Shown: positions 49,762 to 62,691, counted from the first letter of the whole stretch. The stretch: 63,216 nt of DNA, filler included, from Octopus bimaculoides (GCF_001194135.2; 9 parts of 8 records of this genome joined end to end with filler, not necessarily neighbours in it); one strand, 5' to 3'. The notes: generated by a model from the letters alone, not told the origin. A program made the numbers and translations.

Positions 49762-50769
49762 TATATATGCATACATACATACATACATACATACTTACAA
49801 ACATACATATACATGTGTGTATGCATGCATTTGTATCTTTTTTTTTATATATTCTATCCATTTATTTTATATTTACTTAACCGTCTTATTCATATCATAA
49901 TTTAGGACAGTTTGATTAATTTCGAAATATGTGTTAATCTTTTCGATACTTTAGATCTCCTGTTTGACCTTTATAATAATTATATGAGAACTAATTTTAA
50001 ATGCCTGTCTGTCTCATCAAAAGCAGTCATCACCTGTCATAAAGACACCAAGTAGTACCAACTTGTATTAACGGAAGTTTCATTTAAATGAAACGTTTAA
50101 TTATAAGTAGAAATAACCGGCGATTGTCACAAAGGTATATTTTCTTTGGATCAAGTGTACATATAGATTAGATTTGACTTCTTTTAAACATTAAAAGCAA
50201 TGCAAAGTAATTTACATAATAAAGGAAAACAGAACTTGCATGCAATGATCATCACCCCACCCCGTTCCGTGTCGGTATTTACATTTCCTTTTTTAAGTTC
50301 ACTCTTTAAACATTGGAGTACCACAGGAACATCTGACTCGTGGAAGCCACTTAGCTTTTCGACAGATTAAATGAGATGAGGTTATAAAAATGACTGCAAA
50401 TTTACACCTGAGCATTTCAACTTTTCAAAATAGCATTCACATCTACTGAGCAGAAAAATCCAAATTGAGGTAAGATCTAATATTATATATCAAGAACTAA
50501 TATGTTGTGTGTGTGTGTGTGTGTGTGTGCGTGTGCGTGTGCGTGTGTGTGTGTGCGCGTGTGTACTTTTTTTCGTTTAGAAGTTTCAATGATTGAACTG
50601 CAACCATAGTGGAACAGTATTTTAGAGGGTTTTATGTTATCGAATCGCATTTATCATACCAAGGTTTACTTGAGTAACATAACACAAATAATTTTTGTTC
50701 GACACTCAGATACATACACAACCACATGCGCACATGCATTCGTAAGTACGCAAGTATATATATATATAC

Positions 50770-50920
50770 ACATATATACGACGGGCTTCTTTCAGTTTCC
50801 GTCTACCAAATCCACTCACAAGGCTTTGGTCGGCCCGAGGCTATAGTAGAAGACACTTATCCAAGGTGCCACGCAGTGGGACTGAACCCAGAACCATGTG
50901 GTTCGTAAGCAAGCTACTTC
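50770..50920 (-). mobile_element. SINE family B, 5' part
   Basis: Near-identical to 5020-5160. Confidence 0.9.
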
Positions 50921-51121
50921 ATTTCATTCAATTTGCCATAAAGGCAGTACACAGAGGAGTAGCTACAGGCTGGACAAACACATTAATGAGATGAGATGAA
51001 TCATGAGTAAGATGGTATTAANNNNNNNNNNNNNNNNNNNNNNNNNNNNNNNNNNNNNNNNNNNNTTAATTAATTAANNNNNNNNNNNNNNNNNNNNNNN
51101 NNNNNNNNNNNNNNNNNNNNN

Positions 51122-51157
51122 CTTGAGAAAGACAGACGTTCTGTCGAAATGTTGTTC
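51122..51157 (+). ncRNA. Minimal hammerhead variant with U3-A8 core pair
   Basis: c-TTGAGAA-a-GACAGA cgt TCTGTC-GAAA-tg-TT-gttc. Most of the 5' strand of stem I is lost in the N gap. Confidence 0.55.
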
Positions 51158-51238
51158 AAAAAATAAAACATCTAAAATCGCACTCTTCGTCTTGACTATT
51201 TACCTTCGTGAAGAGTTACGTCAATCCTTTTTTTAAAA

Positions 51239-51289
<51 letters not shown>

Positions 51290-51985
51290 CATTTATTTAT
51301 TTATTGTCTGTACTCATTACTTTCTTCTTTGATTTGTTTTGGGATAATGTTAAATAGAGCAGGGCCTGTTGAGGAAAATTAGATATGTGTTGCAATGTGT
51401 TTATGTGCTTTAGGCCTGAATTGTGTAGCGAACGTATGGTACGTGGTTCCAGCCTTGGATGAATTCTGAATTCGATGTTAAGATCGTTTGGGCAATGCTG
51501 GTGGTATATCCTCCACATTGTGAAAACGATGTAGCGCTCACGGTGGCGTTGGAGAGAATAAAGTTTCAATGTTTTAGAATGTTCTTAATAATCACGATCA
51601 GTGATGCCTTTTATTTTAATGGTTGCTCTCTAAGGGTTTTTCAGTTTTCGCAATGTTTTGTTTGGTATGATAGAATTTGGAAAACAATAAAACTTTAACC
51701 CCCTTCTCCATCAACCTTGCGGAAATATAGAATAACCTAAACCGAACGAAGAAATACAGCCAGGATATAATTTATTGGTTCATTATATTGGTGCACTATG
51801 GATCAAGAATATATTTCCGTTGCCTTATCAGATATCCACGCTGGAATTCAGTCTGAACCAAGAGAAAATTGCGTAAACGAAAACAAAATGCTTCAGCATG
51901 CATTTAAGATTCGAGATGATTTACCATCAAAGCTTATGGCGCTGAAAACAAGTGAATCGAATCAGAATTCTGTTTATCTTTCTCC

Positions 51986-52025
<40 letters not shown>

Positions 52026-52041
52026 CCTCTCTCTCTCTCTT

Positions 52042-52074
<33 letters not shown>

Positions 52075-52552
52075 TTATCTATTTATCTATTTACCTATTT
52101 ATCTATCTATGTATCTATCTTCCTCTTTCTCTCTAACGGTAGCATAAAATTTAGTAGGAGAGAGAACACAACGCATCTGCTGCTACTGTGTGTAACTTCG
52201 GAGAGAAAAAAAGAAAATGGAAGTGAGGAAAAAAAAGAAGGTGGGAAAGGAAGGAGCCATGCGTTAGGATTAGAGAGAAAGAAATATTGAGAGTAGAAGG
52301 GGAAAAAAAGACTCTACAGCAACAGAGAAAGAGAAATGAAATGACAAACGATGCTACTGAGAAAAATTCATTGAGGACTGGACGAAAGGCAAAAGCAGAC
52401 GACATATCACGTGACCAACATTTACGATAGGGAAAAATTGTTATTTTGTTTTATATTAGTCATACACCAAAGAAATGTACAGAAAAGCTGACAAACAAAC
52501 AGAAATGATGATCATCGGCTGTTTTTATAGCGTGTAGAGGTTCCAATTATAT

Positions 52553-52684
<132 letters not shown>

Positions 52685-52743
52685 TACAGTTCCATTATAG
52701 GGATGATCAACAAAAATAGCTCTCCTTCCAGTGAGAGGTAAAC

Positions 52744-53177
52744 ATAATTTAAAGTAGACAATTACAAAACAGCTCTAAATAGTTTCATGCTTTAAGATAC
52801 ATTAAATAGGCAGATTTATATCACATGTCATTTATCTCCATACAATCTTTCAGGCTCAGCCCATAACGTCATATCTATTTAAAATCCAGGAGGCTGGTCT
52901 ATGAGAGAGAGAAAAAATGAGAAGAAAAATATCGCAAAGAAGGTTGTTGCAAAAAGTGGAACAAGAAGAAAGAAAAGATAAGTAAGGGAACGAAGATCTT
53001 CGTCCCCTTTGACTGTAGAAATCATAAATGATGAAAACAGGACAAAGTCTATCGCTATGAACAGAGGCTGAAAGATTGCTTGAAGATGCATGGCATGTTA
53101 TATATATCTGCCAATTTAGTGTATCTTAAAGCATGAAATTACTAGTAGCTCTTGTGTAATTGTGTATATGAAATTAT
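52744..53177. mobile_element. Foldback/MITE element with ~114-bp inverted arms
   Basis: 52744-52857 versus 53064-53177 share tttcatgctttaagataca.taaat.ggcagat..aatctttcag.ctc. Confidence 0.8.
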
Positions 53178-53297
53178 ATATATATATATATATATATNNN
53201 NNNNNNNNNNNNNNNNNNNNNNNNNNNNNNNNNNNNNNNNNTTAATTAATTAANNNNNNNNNNNNNNNNNNNNNNNNNNNNNNNNNNNNNNNNNNNN

Positions 53298-53347
<50 letters not shown>

Positions 53348-53789
53348 AGAGAGAGAGAAAATATTTTGCACTCGAAACATAGATTTACACTAATGCATTT
53401 GTGTTTATAAAGAATTATGAATATCAAACTGCTTATTGGTTTCGCGTCACGATCTTCCCAACATGTTTATTGTCATATAACAAACAAAATTTTGGGGTTG
53501 ATATATTTTTTCACACTTCACATTCCCTCAAGGCGAATGACTAATTGCCCCGGTAAAGCTTAGTCGTTCCTCCTTAAGAGTGGTATGAAAGTTGCAAGAG
53601 CAAACTTTGTAAAATGATTGAAGTTGAAAGTAAATTTGTTTAAACGAAAGGTAGCTCCGTCATGGGAGTGGAAATGAATGAAAACTATATGGATGTAAAA
53701 GCAAATTAAGTAAATGTTCTGGAGAAAGATGGAAAGCGAAGTGTATGTGAGGTGAAGCAATGTCATGTATCTGTGTCACTATATGGTTT

Positions 53790-54200
53790 TTGTCAGGTGA
53801 AAGGCATAGTTTCCAGGGACGTAATAGGCACTTTGATCTATTATTTAAGTAAAGGCCCTGTTTATGCAAGTTTTATAGAATCATCCCTCCAATGTGTAAC
53901 GGCTTTTTTTTTTACCTTCAATTTCAGTGATTTTTAATATTTCGAAGATTTTCCATTTAATATTGTAACATTTCCTTTCAATCTTTCGATGCATTTGGCC
54001 AGTTTTCTTGTGTTTTCACTTGTCGATGTTTAAATCAGAGTGTATTGTCATAGTTTTAAGTTTTTCTTGTGTTATGTAACACGCCTTTCTACAAGCTTCT
54101 TTTCTATTGAGGTTACACCTGCCTCATAAATTGCATGAAACGGTTTTATCACGAGGGAATTTATTATGGTTTCAGTACGAACATGTATTATCGTGCTTGT
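53790..54200 (-). mobile_element. Penelope-like GIY-YIG endonuclease remnant
   Basis: Frameshifted AIYEAGVTS, NTRKLAKCIERLK, CYNIKWKIF, LYLNNRSKC resemble IY.A.V, T.LSKYIW.LK, Y.IKWKI, LN.RSE of PLE endonucleases. Confidence 0.55.
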
Positions 54201-54297
54201 TAGCGAAAGCGACATTATTCTTCTTAATGTTCGTGGTGCAACTAAAACTAATTGTGAGATTGTGACTTTTGAAAAATTTCTATATCTTAAATCAAGA

Positions 54298-54405
54298 GGA
54301 AAGTGTATAAGGAAAGTGTATAAGGAAAGTGTATAAGGAAAGTGTATAAGGAAAGTGTATAAGGAAAGTGTATAAGGAAAGTGTATGTATGACTTTCCCT
54401 TATAG
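54298..54405. repeat. 13-bp minisatellite (GGAAAGTGTATAA) x6.8 followed by an inverted unit
   Basis: Perfect copies 54298-54386, then actttcccttata. Confidence 0.95.
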
Positions 54406-55410
54406 TTAGACAGTGTTTTGTGATATTAGATTTCACACTGAATGAAAAACGGTGTCTGAAACATAATATTACAACAACTCATTTTCATTTTTAGGCTAGG
54501 AGAGTTGTGTAAGTATGTCTCACTTTGGAAGTACTGGCTCGTAAGATTTTATAATCGCAAGTGGATGCCTTAAGAAATATTTTTTGTATTTGAAGAAAGA
54601 GAGAATATTCCATTGTTGATATTGTAAAACAGGTTGTTGAAGACAATGAGGAGGTAACATGATTCTACGTTAATAGAAGAGAGTTTTAAATTTTTGTTTC
54701 TTAAAAGGTTTGAGAAGTTAGATGCTAAATTTAGCGTAATATGAAGAAAGTCAACAATAATTATGTTAGTGGATTTAGATATTTCTTGGCTAAAAGTGCT
54801 AAAAGTCTGTATGTGTTCTTCCTTACTCTGTCAGAGATGCAGCCATTAGTGCTGTAACTCTGAAAAAATGGGATTTCGTTTATAGCGGCGACACATGATG
54901 GTGGCCCAAACTCGTCTCCACACTAGAGGCTGAATTGACAAATGTTAGATTCTGGAATCCATTTCTGCACTGTGTTTTACTTGATGCAACTTCTCTCTAC
55001 ATAGTGGATAATTTTCTGGTTGTATCGTGCTAATAATTTTCTTGTAATAACAGATCATAATATGACGGGAGTGAAAGTTTGCGTCCTTACTATCAAAAAA
55101 GGGATAAACGAAATGTTGTCAAAATTTGGTACTTCAAACTAGAGATCCTATTTCTGGAGCTCACCAACTATTGTTTGATTAATTAAAATGATGCCTCAAA
55201 TATGGTTGTTTACCATATGGAAACTTTGACCGAATTTACTATTACCAGACGACACGAGATACACACACACACACACTCACACACACACACACTCACACAC
55301 ACACACACACTCTCACACACACACTCACGTATACATACTTACATATATGCATACAAAGACACTTACATATACACACACACACGTTTATACACACATTATG
55401 TTTATATACT

Positions 55411-55460
<50 letters not shown>

Positions 55461-55462
<2 letters not shown>

Positions 55463-55693
55463 GCGGCGAGCTAGCAGAAGCATTAGTATGCTGGGCGAAA
55501 TGCTTAGCGGTATTTCGTCTGCCGTTACATTCTGAGTTCAAATTCCGCCGAGGTCGACTTTACCTTTCCTCCCTTTGGGGTCGATAGATTAAGTACCAGT
55601 TACGCACTGGAGTCGATGTAATCGACTTAATCCCTTTGTCTGTCCTTCTTTGTCCCTTCTATGTTTAACCCCTTGTGGGCAATAAAGAAATAA
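55461..55693 (+). mobile_element. SINE family A (tail type 2) inside a (GATA)n tract
   Basis: Full head, core and tail ..ccccttgtgggcaataaagaaataa, with (GATA)n on both sides. Confidence 0.92.
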
Positions 55694-55713
55694 GATAGAC
55701 AGATAAACAGATG

Positions 55714-55766
<53 letters not shown>

Positions 55767-55784
55767 AAATTACACACACACACA

Positions 55785-55832
<48 letters not shown>

Positions 55833-56420
55833 NNNNNNNNNNNNNNNNNNNNNNNNNNNNNNNNNNNNNNNNNNNNNNNNNNNNNNNNNNNNNNNNNNNN
55901 NNNNNNNNNNNNNNNNNNNNNNNNNNNNNNNNNNNNNNNNNNNNNNNNNNNNNNNNNNNNNNNNNNNNNNNNNNNNNNNNNNNNNNNNNNNNNNNNNNNN
56001 NNNNNNNNNNNNNNNNNNNNNNNNNNNNNNNNNNNNNNNNNNNNNNNNNNNNNNNNNNNNNNNNNNNNNNNNNNNNNNNNNNNNNNNNNNNNNNNNNNNN
56101 NNNNNNNNNNNNNNNNNNNNNNNNNNNNNNNNNNNNNNNNNNNNNNNNNNNNNNNNNNNNNNNNNNNNNNNNNNNNNNNNNNNNNNNNNNNNNNNNNNNN
56201 NNNNNNNNNNNNNNNNNNNNNNNNNNNNNNNNNNNNNNNNNNNNNNNNNNNNNNNNNNNNNNNNNNNNNNNNNNNNNNNNNNNNNNNNNNNNNNNNNNNN
56301 NNNNNNNNNNNNNNNNNNNNNNNNNNNNNNNNNNNNNNNNNNNNNNNNNNNNNNNNNNNNNNNNNNNNNNNNNNNNNNNNNNNNNNNNNNNNNNNNNNNN
56401 NNNNNNNNNNNNNNNNNNNN

Positions 56421-56460
<40 letters not shown>

Positions 56461-56689
56461 GGTATACATTTTTTATACAGAATTGCATTTCAGTTTTTAC
56501 ATGTGTTATATATGCATAGTTCATGCATTTTCCAGTTATATTCAAGTATTCTATATGCGTTTCTTGTGTATATTCGCTTCGATGTATTCCATATATTCAG
56601 TTGCTATTTTTAACCTGTCAGCATGCAGCTGTCAACTTCTCTAGTGAATACATCAGCACTTCAAAGCTTTAGTTTCAGCCGCACTGAAT

Positions 56690-56976
56690 TTGACATCCAT
56701 AAGCATCTTTGTATCACCTTTGACAATACCTATTTCAATTTCCTCAACTGGACGTACAAAAAAATTGTCAAGCCTACTTGAAGAATACAGAGTGTCGAGC
56801 TTACTGACCAGCTCATCCCTTATATAAATAAACTGGACCGCCGAACACCCGATATCTACTTCTTTTGTGCCTTCTACGCCAGATATGTAGATGATATACT
56901 CACCTGCACCTCTCACTGTGAAGAGCTAACTCAACATCTGAAACCGTTTGAGAGTATGAATGGCCACTTAAAGTTC

Positions 56977-57022
<46 letters not shown>

Positions 57023-57420
57023 NNNNNNNNNNNNNNNNNNNNNNNNNNNNNNNNNNNNNNNNNNNNNNNNNNNNNNNNNNNNNNNNNNNNNNNNNNNNNN
57101 NNNNNNNNNNNNNNNNNNNNNNATTTAGCCCTGTGTGGCTATAATAAAAAGATATCTATCTATCTATCAGAACCCCCTCTCCGTCTTTCTCCTCTAGTTG
57201 ACCTTCCTATTCAAATCACAAGGAAATAATATCAATACCAAATTTTACAAGTAAGTCGCACACAAAGATTTGTTCCTTCGGTACAGACCAGATCTTCATT
57301 AGAGAGGTAAGGCCGGGTACTAGCACACTTGCAGAGAGTAAGAAGAATAGACTATCTACACTTCATAAGTCCAAAAAAAGATATCCAGCATCCGTTTCCA
57401 CTAATCTTCAAGTGCTCAAA
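56690..57420 (+). mobile_element. Penelope-like RT remnant
   Basis: ITFDNTYFNF, FYARYVDDILTC (56881-56898), ESMNGHLKFN, then after the gap LTFLFKSQGNNINTKFYK*VAH. Confidence 0.75.
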
Positions 57421-57745
57421 ATCTAATAAAGAACGTTACACCTCCAACGTGTGTTTCCAGAAGCTACTGCACTTTAAGGACAATAAACTGCTGTTATCTG
57501 CAAGGCTGTTCTAAAGAAAGTGTTCATTATGCAGCTAACCCACTCATGACCTTCCATGTGGAAATATCTAGCGAAGAAGCCGTTTCCAACAGCAAAGACT
57601 TTGTACGCTGGCCAGCTTCTTCATCCGCAATACAGATATGTACATACATATATCCTGCATCAAATCCATTGTACGAAATTCAACGGATGTTACATAAGCA
57701 ACAGGATTTGTTCACGATATCTATATATATATATGTATATACAAT

Positions 57746-57797
57746 TTGACTGGGCTGCTGTTCAACACTCTAGACTGTTGAACAGCAGCCCAGTCAA
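57746..57797. repeat. Perfect 22-bp inverted repeat with 8-nt loop
   Basis: ttgactgggctgctgttcaaca-ctctagac-tgttgaacagcagcccagtcaa. Confidence 0.97.
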
Positions 57798-57871
57798 GAT
57801 GGTATTTTTTTCTTCTATTACTCTTGTTTTTTGCACACATCTACAAAATGACTTTCTAAAATGAAATTCCA

Positions 57872-57968
57872 TTATGCAGCTGAGGAGTACATTTTCATTG
57901 CACATTTTATGTAGTGTTCTCACTACATGAATAAATGAAGTTTGTACGAAACGTACGTACTGCTATAA
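57872..57968 (+). ncRNA. Type I hammerhead ribozyme motif with long stem II
   Basis: Stem I ttatgcag / ctgc(t)ataa. Core CTGAGGA 57880-57886. Stem II gtaca/tgtac, ttcatt/aatgaa and apical atgtagtg-ttct-cactacat. GAAA 57948-57951. Self-complementary ACGTACGT stem III. Predicted GUA cleavage after 57959. Confidence 0.88.
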
Positions 57969-58327
57969 CCTATTGAATTTTTGTTGCTTTTCTTCAAATT
58001 TTATTCACCAAATCTCTTGATTTTGTTTTTGGTTTTTACCCTACCAAATTCTGGTGCCTTAAACATTTTAAGTACCACATTTAATCTTTTGATTAAATCT
58101 ATATTATTATATATATATATATATATACAAGTCAGCCAGCTTGAATTGAATTGCATAAGATTACTGTGACTCACAACGCTTTGCTTAGTACATCCTTCTA
58201 CACGTCACTCTGCTGTGATATTTATATCGCGAAACAGCAGTATCAAGTGAAACAAGTTTCTACGAAATTAAATTCAATTAAATACATTAATTCAAATATT
58301 CAAAAATTCAGCATGCCAAAAGAGTAA

Positions 58328-58412
<85 letters not shown>
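58328..58412. repeat. Foldback (AAT)13-(TAT)n microsatellite
   Basis: Read directly from sequence. Confidence 0.95.
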
Positions 58413-58743
58413 TTATGTTTGAATTTTGTTTTGCATTTGTACAAGTTGGATCCAAGTCTCACCCAGAGACCTCAAGAGACAACAAGTTAGAAGTTCATGT
58501 AGGCGTTATGCCTAGGGTACCATATATTTGGATTTGTACAGTTTTGTTCAAGTGAATGTTTAAGAAACCATAAGAAAATTATGTGTTTGCTTTAAAATTT
58601 GAGATCACATACACAGTATTTTACGTAGGATATGGGCAGTTCCNNNNNNNNNNNNNNNNNNNNNNNNNNNNNNNNNNNNNNNNNNNNTTAATTAATTAAN
58701 NNNNNNNNNNNNNNNNNNNNNNNNNNNNNNNNNNNNNNNNNNN

Positions 58744-58800
58744 CCTACGCTCTTCAACAGAAAGGAACACGAGAAAATAAACAGAGAGAGAATGAACAAA
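58744..58800 (-). mobile_element. Partial second copy of the hammerhead-like repeat at 61631
   Basis: cctacgctcttcaacagaaaggaacac is identical to 61646-61672; truncated by a gap. Confidence 0.75.
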
Positions 58801-60109
58801 AGCTTTAGGGGCCATCGGTCAATAATGGCGGTTATATATTGGTTAGCCTTTCTTTGTCGACAGTTTCGTGTCAGGACAAAACTCAAACGTTACTGGATCA
58901 CGTGGTTCTCTCTCCGTCACTGTCCACACTAGTCTGCGACTGTCACTAACGCCCGAGCTGTAACGACCACTAAAGCTACCATTCTAGCTATCATTGCTAC
59001 CAATAAACCGCCTCTCTGGCCACCTACGACATCACCGAATCCACCACCACCACCACCACCACCACCACCACCACCACNNNNNNNNNNNNNNNNNNNNNNN
59101 NNNNNNNNNNNNNNNNNNNNNNNNNNNNNNNNNNNNNNNNNNNNNNNNNNNNNNNNNNNNNNNNNNNNNNNNNNNNNNNNNNNNNNNNNNNNNNNNNNNN
59201 NNNNNNNNNNNNNNNNNNNNNNNNNNNNNNNNNNNNNNNNNNNNNNNNNNNNNNNNNNNNNNNNNNNNNNNNNNNNNNNNNNNNNNNNNNNNNNNNNNNN
59301 NNNNNNNNNNNNNNNNNNNNNNNNNNNNNNNNNNNNNNNNNNNNNNNNNNNNNNNNNNNNNNNNNNNNNNNNNNNNNNNNNNNNNNNNNNNNNNNNNNNN
59401 NNNNNNNNNNNNNNNNNNNNNNNNNNNNNNNNNNNNNNNNNNNNNNNNNNNNNNNNNNNNNNNNNNNNNNNNNNNNNNNNNNNNNNNNNNNNNNNNNNNN
59501 NNNNNNNNNNNNNNNNNNNNNNNNNNNNNNNNNNNNNNNNNNNNNNNNNNNNNNNNNNNNNNNNNNNNNNNNNNNNNNNNNNNNNNNNNNNNNNNNNNNN
59601 NNNNNNNNNNNNNNNNNNNNNNNNNNNNNNNNNNNNNNNNNNNNNNNNNNNNNNNNNNNNNNNNNNNNNNNNNNNNNNNNNNNNNNNNNNNNNNNNNNNN
59701 NNNNNNNNNNNNNNNNNNNNNNNNNNNNNNNNNNNNNNNNNNNNNNNNNNNNNNNNNNNNNNNNNNNNNNNNNNNNNNNNNNNNNNNNNNNNNNNNNNNN
59801 NNNNNNNNNNNNNNNNNNNNNNNNNNNNNNNNNNNNNNNNNNNNNNNNNNNNNNNNNNNNNNNNNNNNNNNNNNNNNNNNNNNNNNNNNNNNNNNNNNNN
59901 NNNNNNNNNNNNNNNNNNNNNNNNNNNNNNNNNNNNNNNNNNNNNNNNNNNNNNNNNNNNNNNNNNNNNNNNNNNNNNNNNNNNNNNNNNNNNNNNNNNN
60001 NNNNNNNNNNNNNNNNNNNNNNNACACACACACACACACACATACACACATATAAACACATAGACATAGATACATACAGACATACGACACACATATTCAC
60101 GCCTATGTT

Positions 60110-60310
60110 TATCTTTTACTTATTTCAGTCCTTTGACTGCGGCCATGCTGGGGCACCGCCTTGAAGGGGTTTTAGTCGAACAAATTGACCCCAGAACTTA
60201 TTCTTTGTAAGCCTAGTACTTATTCTATCGGGTTTATTTTGACGAACCGCTAACTTATGGTGACGCAAACGAACCAACACCGTTTATCAAGCGGTGGCGG
60301 GGAATAAACG
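60110..60310 (-). mobile_element. SINE family B tail
   Basis: cttttacttatttcagtcctttgactgcggccatgctggggcaccgcc..gaaccgctaacttatgg..tcaagcggtggcggg. Confidence 0.85.
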
Positions 60311-61504
60311 CACATACATACATACGTACATACATACACATATATATATATATTTATTAGTAAAAAGTATGCATATATGTATTAGCGACGGAAGATGTAT
60401 TAGTACTGAATAGTAATCGTTATATCTTCCTAAATGTGGATGAAGGCCGGTATACTGCGATATTCTCGTTGCTTGAAACCACAGAAAATTGTCCAGAACT
60501 TGTGATAGAACTGTTAGATCCCTTCAGCCTGTATGCGCCTCATCATCAGCAGTTCCACCGGTGGTATAGGACATACTTTTGTCCGCTTCAGATATTTTTG
60601 TGCTTCTAAGCACCAAACATCTATATGAGATGCTCCCTCAAAACCAAAGCTTCAGTATTACGAAGTTCTTACAATACATTCACGTTAAAGAGGAATTATA
60701 AGCGAAAGAAAGAGGAACAGAAGGAGGAATATGAAACATATTTAACACCGTCGACACCACCACCACCACCACCACCACCAACACCACCACCACCAACACC
60801 ACCACCACCACCACCACTACCACTATTACAACCACCACAACGACAAATATCACCATCAAAACTGCNNNNNNNNNNNNNNNNNNNNNNNNNNNNNNNNNNN
60901 NNNNNNNNNNNNNNNNNNNNNNNNNNNNNNNNNNNNNNNNNNNNNNNNNNNNNNNNNNNNNNNNNNNNNNNNNNNNNNNNNNNNNNNNNNNNNNNNNNNN
61001 NNNNNNNNNNNNNNNNNNNNNNNNNNNNNNNNNNNNNNNNNNNNNNNNNNNNNNNNNNNNNNNNNNNNNNNNNNNNNNNNNNNNNNNNNNNNNNNNNNNN
61101 NNNNNNNNNNNNNNNNNNNNNNNNNNNNNNNNNNNNNNNNNNNNNNNNNNNNNNNNNNNNNNNNNNNNNNNNNNNNNNNNNNNNNNNNNNNNNNNNNNNN
61201 NNNNNNNNNNNNNNNNNNNNNNNNNNNNNNNNNNNNNNNNNNNNNNNNNNNNNNNNNNNNNNNNNNNNNNNNNNNNNNNNNNNNNNNNNNNNNNNNNNNN
61301 NNNNNNNNNNNNNNNNNNNNNNNNNNNNNNNNNNNNNNNNNNNNNNNNNNNNNNNNNNNNNNNNNNNNNNNNNNNNNNNNNNNNNNNNNNNNNNNNNNNN
61401 NNNNNNNNNNNNNNNNNNNNNNNNNNNNNNNNNNNNNNNNNNNNNNNNNNNNNNNNNNNNNNNNNNNNNNNNNNNNNNNNNNNNNNNNNNNNNNNNNNNN
61501 NNNN

Positions 61505-61537
<33 letters not shown>

Positions 61538-61630
61538 ATATGGGAGAATTTACGAAAAAACAACAGACGAAGTCAGGTGGTGTAAACAACAAATGGATGT
61601 ATTAGTTTAACGCTCGGGAATAGAGAAAGT

Positions 61631-61666
61631 CTCTAACGTTTCGAGCCTACGCTCTTCAACAGAAAG
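61631..61666 (-). ncRNA. Minimal hammerhead variant with A6U core
   Basis: Minus strand cttt-CTGTTGA-a-GAGC gtag GCTC-GAAA-cg-TT-agag. Stem I cttt/agag, stem II 4 bp, ACGT palindrome. Confidence 0.65.
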
Positions 61667-61905
61667 GAACACAGAAAGAAATACGGAGAAAAACAAGGAG
61701 AAAAAAAATATAAATGTAGTGGTCAGCGATCTTATATATGTATATGTGTGTGTATCCAAATTCTCAGTTCGTCTTGGATTTCTCTAAAAGCCACTCTTGA
61801 TACCGTGGCTGAAGAATTTGGAGTATAAGTTCAATTTCATTTGAGCACTAATACGTGTTTTCTACACTGACCATATCTATCCAGCTCTCACGTATCTTCT
61901 CTGTC

Positions 61906-61946
<41 letters not shown>

Positions 61947-62046
61947 NNNNNNNNNNNNNNNNNNNNNNNNNNNNNNNNNNNNNNNNNNNNTTAATTAATT
62001 AANNNNNNNNNNNNNNNNNNNNNNNNNNNNNNNNNNNNNNNNNNNN

Positions 62047-62083
<37 letters not shown>

Positions 62084-62623
62084 GTGTATGTCTGTGTGTG
62101 TGTATGTGTGTCTTTGTGTGCGTATAAATTGGCAATAATTCTATTAGCTTGTTACATGACATATAGTCTACGACAATTACTTTGACCTCTACCATTTCAG
62201 ATATTTCCATTAGAAATCAATAAAGTGATCATCTTTTATTCATGTATAATTTTGGGAGGACAGTCTATGTGTGTATACATAAATGTATGTTTATATATTT
62301 ACATGTTTATGAGTGTGTGTGAGTTTGCTTGCGTTAGTTTGTGGGTGTGTTCATTTATACATCTAAACAAAAATACACACATTCAAATATACAGGTATAT
62401 ATATGTATGTATGTATATGTATGTATATACATATATATATATGTATGCATGTATATATATATATATATATATATATATGTTTATGGATATGCTTATATAT
62501 ATGCATATATATATACTTATACATGTATATATATATGTAAATTTTACAAATTATTTTATAATTATATACATAATTATAACAAGGGGTCAGCTTGTATATA
62601 TGTATGTATGTATGTATGTATGT

Positions 62624-62654
<31 letters not shown>

Positions 62655-62660
62655 CATACA

Positions 62661-62691
<31 letters not shown>

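Noticed and set aside
51798-52136. 112-aa ORF with a non-repetitive N-terminal half
   Set aside because: No recognisable motif, and it runs into a (CT)n/(ATCT)n repeat.
52879-53091. Signal-peptide-like hydrophobic ORF
   Set aside because: Lies in the purine-biased spacer of a foldback element, so hydrophobicity follows from base composition.
54298-54386. CRISPR-like array
   Set aside because: Repeats are contiguous with no spacers, and the context is eukaryotic.
60436-60485. GGATGAAGGC..GCTTGAAAC
   Set aside because: C3 and U4 are missing and there is no stem I. At most a dead relic.
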